Source of the DNA: Polyangiales bacterium
GTDB taxonomy: Bacteria > Myxococcota_A > Polyangia > Polyangiales > Polyangiaceae
Direction of reading: 5' to 3'
Assembly (NCBI GenBank): GCA_038230375.1
Contig: JBBRNJ010000034.1
Location: 22,174 to 86,173 of the forward strand
DNA length: 64,000 bases
Both the position numbers and the translations under genes were made by a program. A model generated the notes under the pieces. That model ran no database searches. It saw only the letters and a list, made by a program, of their open reading frames with translations, and was not told the origin of the DNA. This document shows positions 1-11,392 of this stretch, piece after piece. The first letter of the stretch is position 1, and each line of letters opens with the position of its first letter.

Positions 1-197
1 AGGAGACCCTCCTTGGGTGGCGCTACCGCTGCATCTCGCGCGGTGGTGGATGACGACGTGGGGCTGGGAGTGCCAGCATCCGTCGCGGGCAGCTCCACGA
101 TCCCGAGCACCTCGTTGCAACCCGCGCTCGTGAAGCAGCACGCAACCGCCAGCACCAGAGCAACGAGCGCCGCGAGGGCGTGCGATAGCGTGCGCAT
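1..197 (-). CDS. Putative lipoprotein, N-terminal part (runs off the window edge; not in the ORF track)
   Basis: ATG at 197 overlaps the TGA of the upstream gene (TGATG). Hand translation MRTLSHALAALVALVLAVACCFTSAG-CNEVLGI... has a lipobox-like signal and no stop before position 1. Confidence 0.7.
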   Translation of the reverse strand, partial: MRTLSHALAALVALVLAVACCFTSAGCNEVLGIVELPATDAGTPSPTSSSTTARDAAVAPPKEGL

Positions 198-787
198 CAG
201 AAGTCACCCCGGACGAAGACGGTACTTCCGTTGGTGCCGACCTGCGGGGCGGCGCTGGGAGCGGTGAGCCAGATCACGAGACCCGTGGCCGCGAGCACGC
301 CGCCGGTGATCAGCATGCCAGTGGCCAGGTTGCCATCACGGATCGCGTGCGTCGAGTCGGTGTTGCGCAGCTCGCCGGCCTCGTTGGTGGCGGCGTCGTA
401 CCTGCCCTTGGCCTGCACGGCGACGCCCGTCCCCACGCCAAGGCCCACCGCGCCCACGCCGACGAGCATGAAGCCAACGATGCGCCGCGCGCTCCAGTAA
501 GAGCCAAGCGCGGGATCGGGAGTCGAGGTCGGGGTCGGGGTCGGGGTCGAGGTCGGGGTCGAGGTTGGGGTTGGGGTCGAGGTCGGGGTCGAGGTCGAGG
601 TCGAGGTCGGGGTCGGGGTCGAGGTCGAGGTCGGGGTCGAGGTCGAGGTCGAGGTTGGGGTCGAGGTCGGGGTCGAAGTCGGGGTCACTGTGGCGTCTGC
701 GGCGTGCGCGCGTGGCAGGCTCTGCATGGTGCAAAGCACGCACAGGGCGCTGGCGACAAACTTGGACTTCGACCGCGACGATCTCAT
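197..787 (-). CDS. Exported/membrane protein with Thr-Pro/Thr-Ser repeat linker and two C-terminal hydrophobic segments
   Basis: Signal peptide ending AHA. The (TP/TS)n linker is encoded by the hexamer array. The Gly-rich hydrophobic helices resemble C-terminal tails of myxobacterial PEGA/TPR proteins. Start chosen at ATG 787. Confidence 0.65.
   Translation of the reverse strand: MRSSRSKSKFVASALCVLCTMQSLPRAHAADATVTPTSTPTSTPTSTSTSTPTSTSTPTPTSTSTSTPTSTPTPTSTPTSTPTPTPTSTPDPALGSYWSARRIVGFMLVGVGAVGLGVGTGVAVQAKGRYDAATNEAGELRNTDSTHAIRDGNLATGMLITGGVLAATGLVIWLTAPSAAPQVGTNGSTVFVRGDF
522..686 (-). repeat. Hexamer tandem array (GACCTC/GACCCC on the - strand), about 27 units, in frame in a CDS
   Basis: Direct reading of the + strand: gtcgag gtcggg gtcggg gtcggg gtcgag ... 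Confidence 0.95.
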
Positions 788-915
788 TGGGCGCAAACCT
801 TGGCTCCGGCGAGTACGCAATGCCCGAGCCAACCTAGCCCGACAACGGAAATCAGGCCAGCTGTGGCGAGATCACCCCACTGACCGAAGGAAAGAGTGGG
901 GCGCGAAGGCCACGT

Positions 916-3198
916 CTAGAGGTGTGCTCCCAGCTCGTGCAGCAGGAACCCGTAGATGTCCGCGTCCTCCTCGATCTCTGCGGCGAGCGGCGTTCCTATG
1001 CCGTGGCCCGTCCCGTCGCTCGTGCGGAGCAGCACCGGGCGCTTGTTGCCGCTCGAGGTCGCGGCCTCCTGCAGGCGCGCAGTGAACTTGCGCGAGTGAT
1101 ACGGATCCACGCGCGGGTCGTTCGCGCCCGTGAGCATCAGCACCGACGGGTACGTCGCGACGTCCTTCGTGTTGTGGAACGGGGAGTACGCGAAGAGCGC
1201 CTTCCACTCCGGCTCCTTCGTCACGGTGCCGAACTCCGTCACGTTGAACGCGCCGTTGGGGGAGAGCTCTACACGGAGCATGTCGTAGATGCCCACGAGC
1301 GACACGACGGCTCGCGCCGCCTCGGGGTGCTGCGTGAGCGTGGCGCCCATGAGAAGCCCGCCGTTGGAGCCGCCCATGATCGCGAGCCTGTCGGGGCTCG
1401 TCCACTTGCTCGCCACCAGGTACGTCTCGCAGGCGTAGAAGTCATCGAAGACATTTTGCTTCTTCGTCAGGTTGCCGGACGTGTGCCACTCCTCACCGAA
1501 CTCGCCGCCGCCGCGAATGTTCGCCTCCGCGACGATGCCGCCCGCGTCGAGAAATAGCCTTGAAATTGCCCTGAATCGTGGCTTACGGCTCACGGCGTAT
1601 CCGCCGTAGCCAGTGAGCATGGTCGGGTTCCGCCCGTCTGCTTGCAGGGTCTTCTTCTTCAGGATGTTGATCGGGATCTTCGTGCCGTCCTTGGACGTGC
1701 ACTGCTCGCGCGACACGTCCACGTTATCCATCTTCGCGGGTGTGGTCTGGAAGAGCGCGGTCTTCACGGCCATCTTCTTCTTCGCGTCCCAGCGGTAGTA
1801 CGCGGGCGGCTCGGTGTAGCTCTGCGCGCGGTAGATCAGGTCGTCACCTGCGTTGGTGCGCACGACCTCTGACACGGAGGACACCTTCGGCAGCGCGATC
1901 TCCTGCGGCGGCGCGGTGGTCGCGAGATCGCCGAGCGCGTAGGCGCGCAGACGCGAAGGTCCGCCCAGGAGCTCGCCCACGTAGAGCGTGTGCGCGGTCG
2001 CGGTGAACTGCTCGATCGTGCCGTCACCCTGCTTCACGACGACCTTGGGCGCCTTGTAAGGGCGCGCGATGCGGAGGATCTGGCCACGCGGTGCATTCGC
2101 GCGCGACAGCACGTAGAGCGCGTTGTCCGCGCCGAAGAACGCGTCTGCCCACTTGTCCTCGAACTTCGAGAGCTGCGCGGGCTTTCCGTCGGCGCCGATC
2201 ACGAAGTGCTCGGCCTCGCCGCCGTCGCCGTTCGCCACGGCAATGAGCACGGCCCCGCCGTCCGGGCTGGCCTGCATCGCGATCTCGGCGATGCGCGGCA
2301 GCTCCTTGCCCAGCACGTACGTGTCCTTGTCCTCCGTGGTGCCGAGCTTGTGGAAGTAGACCTGCTGATAGAACTCGGTGTCGGCCTTGGGTCGCTCGCT
2401 CTCGCGCGGGTAGCGCGTGTAGTAGAAACCCGTTCCGTCCTTGTTCCAGCTGGCGCTGCCGCCCGCGGTTCCGTTCTGCACGTGGGTGACCTTGTCGTCG
2501 CGCACCTTGCCGGTCGCCGCTTCGTACACGGACAGGTCACCGCGCTCCGAGCCACCCGTGGAGAGCGAGACCGCGACGAGCTTGCCGTCGCGCGAGGCGG
2601 AGAACCAGTCGATCGTGGTGCCGCCCGTGGCGTCGAGCGCGTTCGGATCCAGGACCACCTTCTCGGTCTTGGGGTCGTCCAGCGAGCCGAGCGTCACGAG
2701 CAGCGCCTGCTGCTTCGGGGGCGCGTTCTTCATCGCGAACCACGTCCCGCCGGCGTTGATGAGGTCGTTGAAGCTGGAGCTGCGTTGCGTGAGCAGCTCC
2801 GATGCGCGTGCGCGTGCCTGCGCGCGCTCCGGCCAGGCGTCGAGCACCGTACGTGTGAACGCGTTCTCGTCCTGGCTCCACTGCTTCACCGCGGGGTCCT
2901 TCGAGTCCTCGAGCCACTCGTAGTCGTCCTTCACGGTGACACCGAAGTACGCGTGCGTGACGGGCTTCTTCGCGGCCACTGGCGCGTGCGGACCTTGCGG
3001 TACGACGACGCTCGCGGACGGCGCCGCGGACACCAGGGGTGGAGGCGGTGCGCTCATCACGGGCGGCGGGCTCTTCACCGTGGGCTCGTCGCCACCGCAC
3101 GCAGCGACTCCGATCGCGACGCCAAACGCGCCAAGACCGAACGCAACAGCATGCAGAACGAGGGAGGAATCGCGGCCGAGCACCAACATAGGTTTCAT
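916..3198 (-). CDS. Prolyl oligopeptidase (peptidase S9A), probable lipoprotein
   Basis: DDYEWLED N-terminal motif, NIRGGGEFGEEWH, nucleophile GGSNGG, NDPRV and GHG catalytic Asp/His. Lipobox-like VAAC followed by a Pro-rich linker. Confidence 0.92.
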   Translation of the reverse strand: MKPMLVLGRDSSLVLHAVAFGLGAFGVAIGVAACGGDEPTVKSPPPVMSAPPPPLVSAAPSASVVVPQGPHAPVAAKKPVTHAYFGVTVKDDYEWLEDSKDPAVKQWSQDENAFTRTVLDAWPERAQARARASELLTQRSSSFNDLINAGGTWFAMKNAPPKQQALLVTLGSLDDPKTEKVVLDPNALDATGGTTIDWFSASRDGKLVAVSLSTGGSERGDLSVYEAATGKVRDDKVTHVQNGTAGGSASWNKDGTGFYYTRYPRESERPKADTEFYQQVYFHKLGTTEDKDTYVLGKELPRIAEIAMQASPDGGAVLIAVANGDGGEAEHFVIGADGKPAQLSKFEDKWADAFFGADNALYVLSRANAPRGQILRIARPYKAPKVVVKQGDGTIEQFTATAHTLYVGELLGGPSRLRAYALGDLATTAPPQEIALPKVSSVSEVVRTNAGDDLIYRAQSYTEPPAYYRWDAKKKMAVKTALFQTTPAKMDNVDVSREQCTSKDGTKIPINILKKKTLQADGRNPTMLTGYGGYAVSRKPRFRAISRLFLDAGGIVAEANIRGGGEFGEEWHTSGNLTKKQNVFDDFYACETYLVASKWTSPDRLAIMGGSNGGLLMGATLTQHPEAARAVVSLVGIYDMLRVELSPNGAFNVTEFGTVTKEPEWKALFAYSPFHNTKDVATYPSVLMLTGANDPRVDPYHSRKFTARLQEAATSSGNKRPVLLRTSDGTGHGIGTPLAAEIEEDADIYGFLLHELGAHL

Positions 3199-3237
3199 GG
3201 GCCCGGCACTATACACGAGGTATAGTGAAGCTCGATC

Positions 3238-5574
3238 ATGCGTGCGCTCATCGTCGCCGGCGAGAGACGTCCCATCGGCGAGCTGGGCGCGCACCTCGTT
3301 GCACAAGGCTACGAGGTCACGTTCGTCGCCGCCGATGCCGAGGACCTGCTCACCCACGGCCGCGATGCCAGCCTCATCTTCCTCGATCTGCGCGACGGGG
3401 TCGCCACGGCGGAGCTCGGCTGCACGCGGCTCGAGGCGCTCGGGGACAACGCGCCGTTCAAGGTCCTCTACGGCGACGTACTTGCGCTACAGGCCGCGGA
3501 GCACCTGCTCGATGGAAAGGCCACGGCGTTCCTCGTTCCCGACGCGCCGCTGAACCACGTTCGCCTTCGCGCGTTCGCTGGCAGCATCAAGGCACGGAGT
3601 CACATCGCAGCCGTCTTCGTTGAACTCACGGAATCTCACGCGCAGATCACCTCGATGGTGGACTCGTTGCAGGAGGGCATCCTGGTGCAGACGCGCACAG
3701 GTGAGGTGGTTCGTACCAATGCTGCCGCGCGCCGGATCCTCGGACTGTCCGCCGAGGACGTCATGGCCCGTCGCTGGCGTGGGCCCGGATGGTCCATGAC
3801 TCACATGGACGGAACGCCGCTCGCCAAGGAAGAGGTCCCATCGCTCGTCTGCCTCCGTACGGGGACGGCCTCGCGCGATTTCCAGATGCGGATGGTCCGG
3901 CCAGACGGGACCGCGTTCGCGATCTCGGTCAACGTCGAGCCCGTGTTCTCGGACGACTCTGGCCTGCCCACCACGGTGGTCTCGTCCGTCACCGACATCA
4001 CCGACCGGCAGCAGCAAGAGGACGCGCTGCGCAAGCTCCTCGACCGCGTGAACGATGCCGTGCTCATCCACCGCGAGGGCACGATGCTCTTCATGAACAC
4101 GCACTGGGCGACGCTGGTGGGCGCGGCTGATCGTCACGCGTCCATCGGGATGAAGATCCTGGACCGCGTGTCGCCGGAGACCCGACCGATCATCGCGCAG
4201 CGGCTGGAAGATGCTGGTAACGGAGCACCCGCACCCCCGCGTGAGCTTCCCTTCCACCGCCCAGACGGGTCGGTGGTCACTGCGCTCGTTCACACGTTCC
4301 CGACCATCTTCGAGGGCAAGCCAGCGCTGCTCACCTACGCGCGCGACGTCAGCGAGCGGCGGTCGCTCGAGGCGAAGCTCATTGCGTCCAATCGCATGGC
4401 TGCGCTCGGGCGGCTCGCAGCCAACGTGGGGCACGAGATCAACAACCCGCTAGCCTTCCTGGTCGGCAGCGCTGAGCGCGCGCTCTCACAAGTCGTGAGC
4501 GGCGAGGCTGCGTCGAACGTGGTGGCGTCGATCCGGAATGTTCTCGATGGCGCCACGCGTGTGCAGAGCATCGTGGCCGACCTGAAGGTACTCTCGCGGC
4601 CCAGTGCCGAAGCGTCCGGGGCGACCGACGTGGCGACAGTCCTCGAGTCGTGCCTTCGCATCGCAGAGCGCGCGATCGCGCAGCGCGCCACGCTGAAGAT
4701 AAACCTGCTCTCACGCTCACGTGCGCTCTGCAACGAAGCGCGGATCGGGCAGGTGTTCTTGAACCTGCTCATGAATGCCGCCGAGGCGATCCCTCCGGGC
4801 GATCCCGAGCACAACACGATCACGGTCACGACAGAGGACCATCCGCCGGATGTGGTCGTCACCATCGCCGACACCGGGGCGGGCATTCCGGCGGAGCACA
4901 TCGGCAGCATCTTCGAGCCGTTCTTCACCACCAAGACAGATGGCCGCGGCACGGGGCTCGGGCTCTCCATCTCGCACTCGCTCGTCACTGCGCAGGGAGG
5001 GCGGATCGCCGCCGAGAGCGCCGTCGGGCACGGCACGCGGATGGTCGTCCATCTTCCGATGGCGGAGGGCGCGGCGCCCGTCACGGCCTCACAACGGAGC
5101 GATGCAGCGTCATCCGGCGACGCTGGCGGGTCCGGGAATGGCGGCCAGCCCGCGCGGCGTCATCGCATCCTGGTTGTCGACGACGAGGTGCAGCTGGGTC
5201 GCCTCATCAAGAGCTTCCTCGCCGACTACGACGTCACCGTCGCGAACAGCGGCGCGGAAGGGCGCACCAATCTCGACACCCCACCGCCGTTCGATCTCGT
5301 CCTGTGTGACCTGATGATGCCGGACGTGACCGGGATGGACCTCTACGAGCACGTCGAGCGAACGCGCCCGGAGTTGTGCTCGCGGTTCGTGTTCATGACG
5401 GGTGGCGCATTCACGTCGCCCGCGGTCGCCTTCCTGGACGCCGTGACGGCGAAGGGCAACGCGTGCGTGGAGAAGCCCTTCCGGATCGACGGGCTCGTGG
5501 CAACGATCGCGGCCAAGCTGGCGGAGCTGGAGGCGGCGAAAACCTCCGGCGCAGCCACGGGAAAAACGGGCTAA
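3238..5574 (+). CDS. Hybrid sensor histidine kinase (degenerate N-terminal REC-like region, two PAS, HisKA, HATPase, C-terminal REC)
   Basis: H-box GHEINNPL, N-box QVFLNLLMNA, DTGAG, FEPFFTTK, GTGLGL. Receiver motifs ILVVDDE, CDLMMP and EKPF. Confidence 0.93.
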   Translation: MRALIVAGERRPIGELGAHLVAQGYEVTFVAADAEDLLTHGRDASLIFLDLRDGVATAELGCTRLEALGDNAPFKVLYGDVLALQAAEHLLDGKATAFLVPDAPLNHVRLRAFAGSIKARSHIAAVFVELTESHAQITSMVDSLQEGILVQTRTGEVVRTNAAARRILGLSAEDVMARRWRGPGWSMTHMDGTPLAKEEVPSLVCLRTGTASRDFQMRMVRPDGTAFAISVNVEPVFSDDSGLPTTVVSSVTDITDRQQQEDALRKLLDRVNDAVLIHREGTMLFMNTHWATLVGAADRHASIGMKILDRVSPETRPIIAQRLEDAGNGAPAPPRELPFHRPDGSVVTALVHTFPTIFEGKPALLTYARDVSERRSLEAKLIASNRMAALGRLAANVGHEINNPLAFLVGSAERALSQVVSGEAASNVVASIRNVLDGATRVQSIVADLKVLSRPSAEASGATDVATVLESCLRIAERAIAQRATLKINLLSRSRALCNEARIGQVFLNLLMNAAEAIPPGDPEHNTITVTTEDHPPDVVVTIADTGAGIPAEHIGSIFEPFFTTKTDGRGTGLGLSISHSLVTAQGGRIAAESAVGHGTRMVVHLPMAEGAAPVTASQRSDAASSGDAGGSGNGGQPARRHRILVVDDEVQLGRLIKSFLADYDVTVANSGAEGRTNLDTPPPFDLVLCDLMMPDVTGMDLYEHVERTRPELCSRFVFMTGGAFTSPAVAFLDAVTAKGNACVEKPFRIDGLVATIAAKLAELEAAKTSGAATGKTG

Positions 5575-5587
5575 GAGGGCCTTTCCC

Positions 5588-7210
<1,623 letters not shown>

Positions 7211-7272
7211 CAAAAGGATAACGGCGCCGCCGGAGCTACCTCCATGCGACGCCGTCCACGCGAGCGCGAGAG

Positions 7273-7629
7273 CTACTTCTTGTCTTGAGAGAGGTCTTCC
7301 TTCTCGAGACGGTCGAGCTCTTTCTTGTAGTTCGCGTTGCTGATCTCGGCCTTCGCCGTGCTGTCGTCCGACTCGGTGCTGGGGCGCCCGTTCGGGTCCG
7401 TCACCACGCCGGGGATGTTCGCCGCAGGAGCCATGGCCACGGCCGCGGGCGGCGTGTCCGACGTTGCAGCTGCCGAAGCCGCCGCAGTGTCCGTGCTCGC
7501 AGACGCAGACGCGGCTGCAACGCCGCCTTCCGCGGTCGCATCGCCGCCCTTCTTGGGGCAGCCGGCAAGGGCGAGCGCGAACAACGAGGAGACTCCAAGC
7601 ACAAGGACAGCGGACATGAGCTTCTTCAT
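7273..7629 (-). CDS. Small lipoprotein with Ala-rich linker and charged C-terminal helix
   Basis: MKKLMS...LALAG-C lipobox. The ATG overlaps the stop of the upstream gene (ATGA). Confidence 0.8.
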   Translation of the reverse strand: MKKLMSAVLVLGVSSLFALALAGCPKKGGDATAEGGVAAASASASTDTAAASAAATSDTPPAAVAMAPAANIPGVVTDPNGRPSTESDDSTAKAEISNANYKKELDRLEKEDLSQDKK

Positions 7630-8480
7630 TGCGCACCTCCCGACGCTGCGGGCGCCGGTGCGCCGCCAGCTGCCACGAACTGCACCGGAATGTACTTCTG
7701 GTGCGACCATTGCCTGTATTCTGCACCCTTCGCGGTCTTGGCCTTGATCACCGTCGCCGCCCAGATGCCGCCCTTGCCCGGGTGGAACTTCGCCCAGCGC
7801 GGATCGTTCGCGGCGAACGTGCAGTTGCCGTCCAGACCGTAGTGCTTGCCGGCCGCGTCGTAGTTGACGAGCGCGTGCGCGCCGCCTTCGCTGGCCACGC
7901 AGTAGTACTCGTTCGGTGCGGCCCCGCCGCCTGGCGTCACCGTGATCGTGAGCGCGGAGCCGATCGGGATCTGTGCGCCGGGGGCTGGCGCTGCGATCGA
8001 CGGAGCCGCGGCGATCGGCGGCAGCGAAGGGGCGAGCTCGGCCAGGTACGCGAAGAAGTGCGCGTCGATCTTGTGGAGGTGGGCGTCTGTACGCGCGACC
8101 GTCGCCGCGTCGGCGCTGTCCTCAGCGAGCTCTCGCACCCGCAGCGTGCGATACGCGCGATGCCAGTGGTTCGTCACGGCCCGGTGCACGTCGGGCGTGC
8201 GCACGAGCCCCTTGAGGAGCGTGTTCTCCTTCTCGACCGTCTCCGCGACGTACTTCCGACGAAAGGCCCTCTGATCCTTCGTCTCCGCCGGGCCTGCGTC
8301 CGGGTGATTGTGTGGCGCGGATGCGGACGGACTGGCGGGGGTCATGGCGGGCGCGGCCGAAGCCATCCCGATGGGTGGAGGTGCGCCGGGACCAGCCGAC
8401 GGTGCGGCACCTGCCGCGAGGGCGGCGGGCGCGAGGAGCGTGGCGACTCCCCCGATCAGCAACTTGAGACTTCTACGCAT
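7626..8480 (-). CDS. Secreted hypothetical protein (helical domain plus beta-rich C-terminal domain)
   Basis: Signal peptide ending ALA, RBS-like GGAG upstream, high-GC3 codon usage. Confidence 0.75.
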   Translation of the reverse strand: MRRSLKLLIGGVATLLAPAALAAGAAPSAGPGAPPPIGMASAAPAMTPASPSASAPHNHPDAGPAETKDQRAFRRKYVAETVEKENTLLKGLVRTPDVHRAVTNHWHRAYRTLRVRELAEDSADAATVARTDAHLHKIDAHFFAYLAELAPSLPPIAAAPSIAAPAPGAQIPIGSALTITVTPGGGAAPNEYYCVASEGGAHALVNYDAAGKHYGLDGNCTFAANDPRWAKFHPGKGGIWAATVIKAKTAKGAEYRQWSHQKYIPVQFVAAGGAPAPAASGGAQ

Positions 8481-8520
8481 GGAATGTTCTCCCCTTCGGG
8501 TTGGTACGGACGCGACCGTA

Positions 8521-8820
8521 TCACGCTCGCTTGCGCTTGAGCGCTCGGGCGAACGCGGCAAGGCGCGGCGAGCTACTGGCCCGCAAGAGCTTCTCCGGAC
8601 GTGACAGAGCCTTCACGGAGAGCTCCAGGCGGAGCGCCTCGCTCTTCGTGCCGCAGCGCTTCCTGGCGCACAAAACAAGGGGTCCGCGGCCACGCGTGTA
8701 TTTTGCACCCTTTCCGGCCTCGTGCGCGCGCACCCGCGCTGGGACGTCCTTGGCGATGCCCGTGTAAAGCGTCCCGTCTCCACACAGCAGCACGTAGACG
8801 AACCAGGGGTCTTCCACCAC
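8521..8820 (-). CDS. GIY-YIG nuclease family protein (UPF0213/YazA-like)
   Basis: WFVYVLLCGDGTLYTGI, RVRAHEAGKGAKYTRGRGP, ALRLE. Confidence 0.9.
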   Translation of the reverse strand: MVEDPWFVYVLLCGDGTLYTGIAKDVPARVRAHEAGKGAKYTRGRGPLVLCARKRCGTKSEALRLELSVKALSRPEKLLRASSSPRLAAFARALKRKRA

Positions 8821-8911
8821 AAGGCAGGCTAGGGCACGTTGGTGAGCCGGCGAACGGCTATTTTTACGGTGATTGTTGAGGTGTGGGCGGAGTCCGACTA
8901 GGTTCTGCGCC

Positions 8912-9538
8912 GTGGAACCCGTCCCCTTCGTCGCGCGCCTGTTCTTGGCCTGGCTCGTCTATTTCAAGGTGCTGTTCGACGGCACGTTCGCGGCGAAGGT
9001 GTCCGCGCTCGGGAAGGGGCGAGAGCTTGCTCCGATCGAGGAGCCGAAGAAGCTCGCGTCCAGGGCGAAGGCGAAGGAAGAGGAGGAGGAAAAGGTCGAG
9101 GCCAAGGTCGAGGCGAAGGTTGAGGCGAAGGTCGAGGCGAAGGTCGAGGCGAAGGAGCCCGATTTTTCTTCGGCGTTGCAGCTGCTGTCGTTGCTTCAGC
9201 GGGAGGGGCGGCTCGTGGATTTCCTCGAGGAGGACATCGCGGGAGCGGCGGATGCGGACATCGGCGCGGCTGCCCGCGTGGTGCATGATGGGTGTCGCAA
9301 GGCGCTTCGCGAGCACGTGGAGCTGGTGGCGATTCGAGAAGAAGAAGAGGGCGTGAAGCTCACGCTGCAAGAGGGCTTCGACGCGAAGTCCGTGAAGCTC
9401 ACCGGCAACGTGCAAGGGAAGGCGCCGTTCACTGGCAGCCTTCGTCACAAGGGCTGGCGCGCGAAGAAGATCACGTTGCCCACGGCGGTCGCAGGCCACG
9501 ATGCCGCGATCCTCGCGCAGGCGGAGCTGGAGCTATGA
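8912..9538 (+). CDS. DUF2760 family protein with N-terminal hydrophobic segment
   Basis: ALQLLSLLQREGRLVDFLEEDI, IGAAARVVHDGCRK and LTGNV..G.LRHKGW match the DUF2760 pattern, and it lies directly upstream of two Hsp70-like genes. Start uncertain (GTG 8912 chosen). Confidence 0.85.
   Translation: MEPVPFVARLFLAWLVYFKVLFDGTFAAKVSALGKGRELAPIEEPKKLASRAKAKEEEEEKVEAKVEAKVEAKVEAKVEAKEPDFSSALQLLSLLQREGRLVDFLEEDIAGAADADIGAAARVVHDGCRKALREHVELVAIREEEEGVKLTLQEGFDAKSVKLTGNVQGKAPFTGSLRHKGWRAKKITLPTAVAGHDAAILAQAELEL
9092..9154 (+). repeat. 12-bp tandem repeat (AAGGTCGAGGCG) x5 encoding (KVEA)5
   Basis: Direct reading of the sequence. Confidence 0.9.
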
Positions 9539-11388
9539 GCGCGAAGCACGCACCCACGTACGCCGTCGGGATCGATCTCGGCACCACGCACACCGCGCTC
9601 GCGTATGCGAAGCTCCCGGCGGAAGGCGAGAAGCCGCTCCCCGTAGAGGTGCTGAAGATCCCGCAGCTCGTCGCCGCAGGCACGGTGGAGTCGCGGTCTC
9701 TGCTCCCGTCGTTCCTCTACCTTGCTCACGAGAGCGAGGGCGCGCTCGTGCTCCCATGGGACAAGAAGCGCACGTATGCCGTGGGCGAGCACGCACGTTC
9801 GCGTGGCGTCGATGCGCCCGCCCGCGTGGTCATGAGCGCGAAGAGCTGGCTGTGCCACCCGAGCATCGATCGGCGCGCGAACATCCTTCCGCATGGCGCG
9901 CCGGACGACGTAGGCAAGGTCAGCCCCGTCGAGACCAGCTTCCGCTTTCTCCAGCACCTGGAAGAGGCGTGGGACCAGGAGGTCGCGAAGGGCAAGACCG
10001 ACCTCGCGCTCGGCAAGCAGAGCATCGTGCTCACCGTGCCCGCGTCGTTCGATGCGGCCGCGCGCGAGCTCACCACCGAGGCCGCGTTTGCTGCAGGGTT
10101 CGAGGACCTCACCTTGCTCGAGGAGCCGCAGGCCGCGCTCTATGCATGGCTCTCCGCCAAGGGCGACTCATGGCGCAAGGACATCAAGCCCGGCGAGGTG
10201 ATCCTGGTCGTGGATGTGGGCGGTGGTACCACGGACTTCTCCGTCATCGTCGCGAAGGAAACGAACGGCGAGCTCTCGCTCGAGCGCGTGGCTGTGGGCG
10301 ATCACATCTTGCTCGGCGGCGACAACATGGACCTCTTGCTCGCGCACATCGCCGAGCAGAAGCTCGTCGCGGCAGCAGAGGCCGCAGGCAAGCCGCTGGA
10401 GCTCGATCGCTGGCAGAGGACCGCGCTGCAACACGCGGCGCGCGTCGCCAAGGAAGTGCTCCTCTCCGACGGCAAGAAGGACACGTCGCAGATCGCCATC
10501 GCGGGCAAGGGCTCCAAGATGGTGGGTGGCACGTTGCGCACGGAGCTCACGCGCGCAGAGGTGGCGTCGTCGATCGTGGACGGCTTCTTCCCCATGGTGG
10601 AAGCGTCCGCGCGTCCTGCCGTTCGTCCGCGCACGGGCCTCGTCGAGATGGGCCTGCCGTACGCGCAGGATCCGGGCGTCACGCGGCACCTGGCCGCGCT
10701 GCTCGGCCCCAAGACCGGCGAACCCATGCAACCTACACGCATCCTGTTCAACGGCGGCGTGATGAAGAGCGACGCGCTGCGCGAGCGCATCACCGCATGC
10801 GCCACGTCGTGGGCAACGGCAGCCAAGGCCCCCGCGCCCAAGGTGCTCGACGGCGTCGATCTCGATCTCGCGGTCGCGAAGGGCGCGGCCGCGTACGGCC
10901 TTGCACGTCGCGGCAAGGGCATGCGCATCCGCGGAGGCACGGCGCGCGCATATTACGTCGGCATCGAGGGCGCGGCCCCGGCCATCCCTGGTGTGCCGCC
11001 GCCCGTCACCGCGCTCTGCGTGGCGCCGCTGGGCATGGAAGAGGGCACGCACGCGGACATCACGGCGCACCTGCTCGGCGTGGTCGTGGGCGAGCAGGTT
11101 CGCTTCCGCTTCTTCGGCTCGCAGTCGCGCAAGACGGACGTCGCCGGCACGTCGCTCGAGCGCTGGAAGCCCGAGGACCTCACGGAGCTCTCGCCCATTG
11201 CGATCACGCTGCCCGCCGAGGGCCGCACGCCAGGCGACGTGGTGCCCGTGAGCATCCGCGCGACCATCACCGAGGTAGGCACGCTGCTGCTCGAGGCCAT
11301 CCCCACCGACAAGGCGAAGAAGGGCAAGGGGCCGGGCGGCGAAGAAGAGCGCTGGAAGCTGGAGCTCAGCGTACGCGAGAGGGAGTAG
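9535..11388 (+). CDS. Atypical Hsp70-family protein (nucleotide-binding domain plus beta domain, no helical lid)
   Basis: GIDLGTT, TVPASFD, EEPQAA, DVGGGTTD, LLGGDNMD, FNGG, DLAVAKGAA. ATG 9535 overlaps the DUF2760 stop (ATGA). Confidence 0.92.
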   Translation: MSAKHAPTYAVGIDLGTTHTALAYAKLPAEGEKPLPVEVLKIPQLVAAGTVESRSLLPSFLYLAHESEGALVLPWDKKRTYAVGEHARSRGVDAPARVVMSAKSWLCHPSIDRRANILPHGAPDDVGKVSPVETSFRFLQHLEEAWDQEVAKGKTDLALGKQSIVLTVPASFDAAARELTTEAAFAAGFEDLTLLEEPQAALYAWLSAKGDSWRKDIKPGEVILVVDVGGGTTDFSVIVAKETNGELSLERVAVGDHILLGGDNMDLLLAHIAEQKLVAAAEAAGKPLELDRWQRTALQHAARVAKEVLLSDGKKDTSQIAIAGKGSKMVGGTLRTELTRAEVASSIVDGFFPMVEASARPAVRPRTGLVEMGLPYAQDPGVTRHLAALLGPKTGEPMQPTRILFNGGVMKSDALRERITACATSWATAAKAPAPKVLDGVDLDLAVAKGAAAYGLARRGKGMRIRGGTARAYYVGIEGAAPAIPGVPPPVTALCVAPLGMEEGTHADITAHLLGVVVGEQVRFRFFGSQSRKTDVAGTSLERWKPEDLTELSPIAITLPAEGRTPGDVVPVSIRATITEVGTLLLEAIPTDKAKKGKGPGGEEERWKLELSVRERE

Positions 11389-11392
11389 ACAC

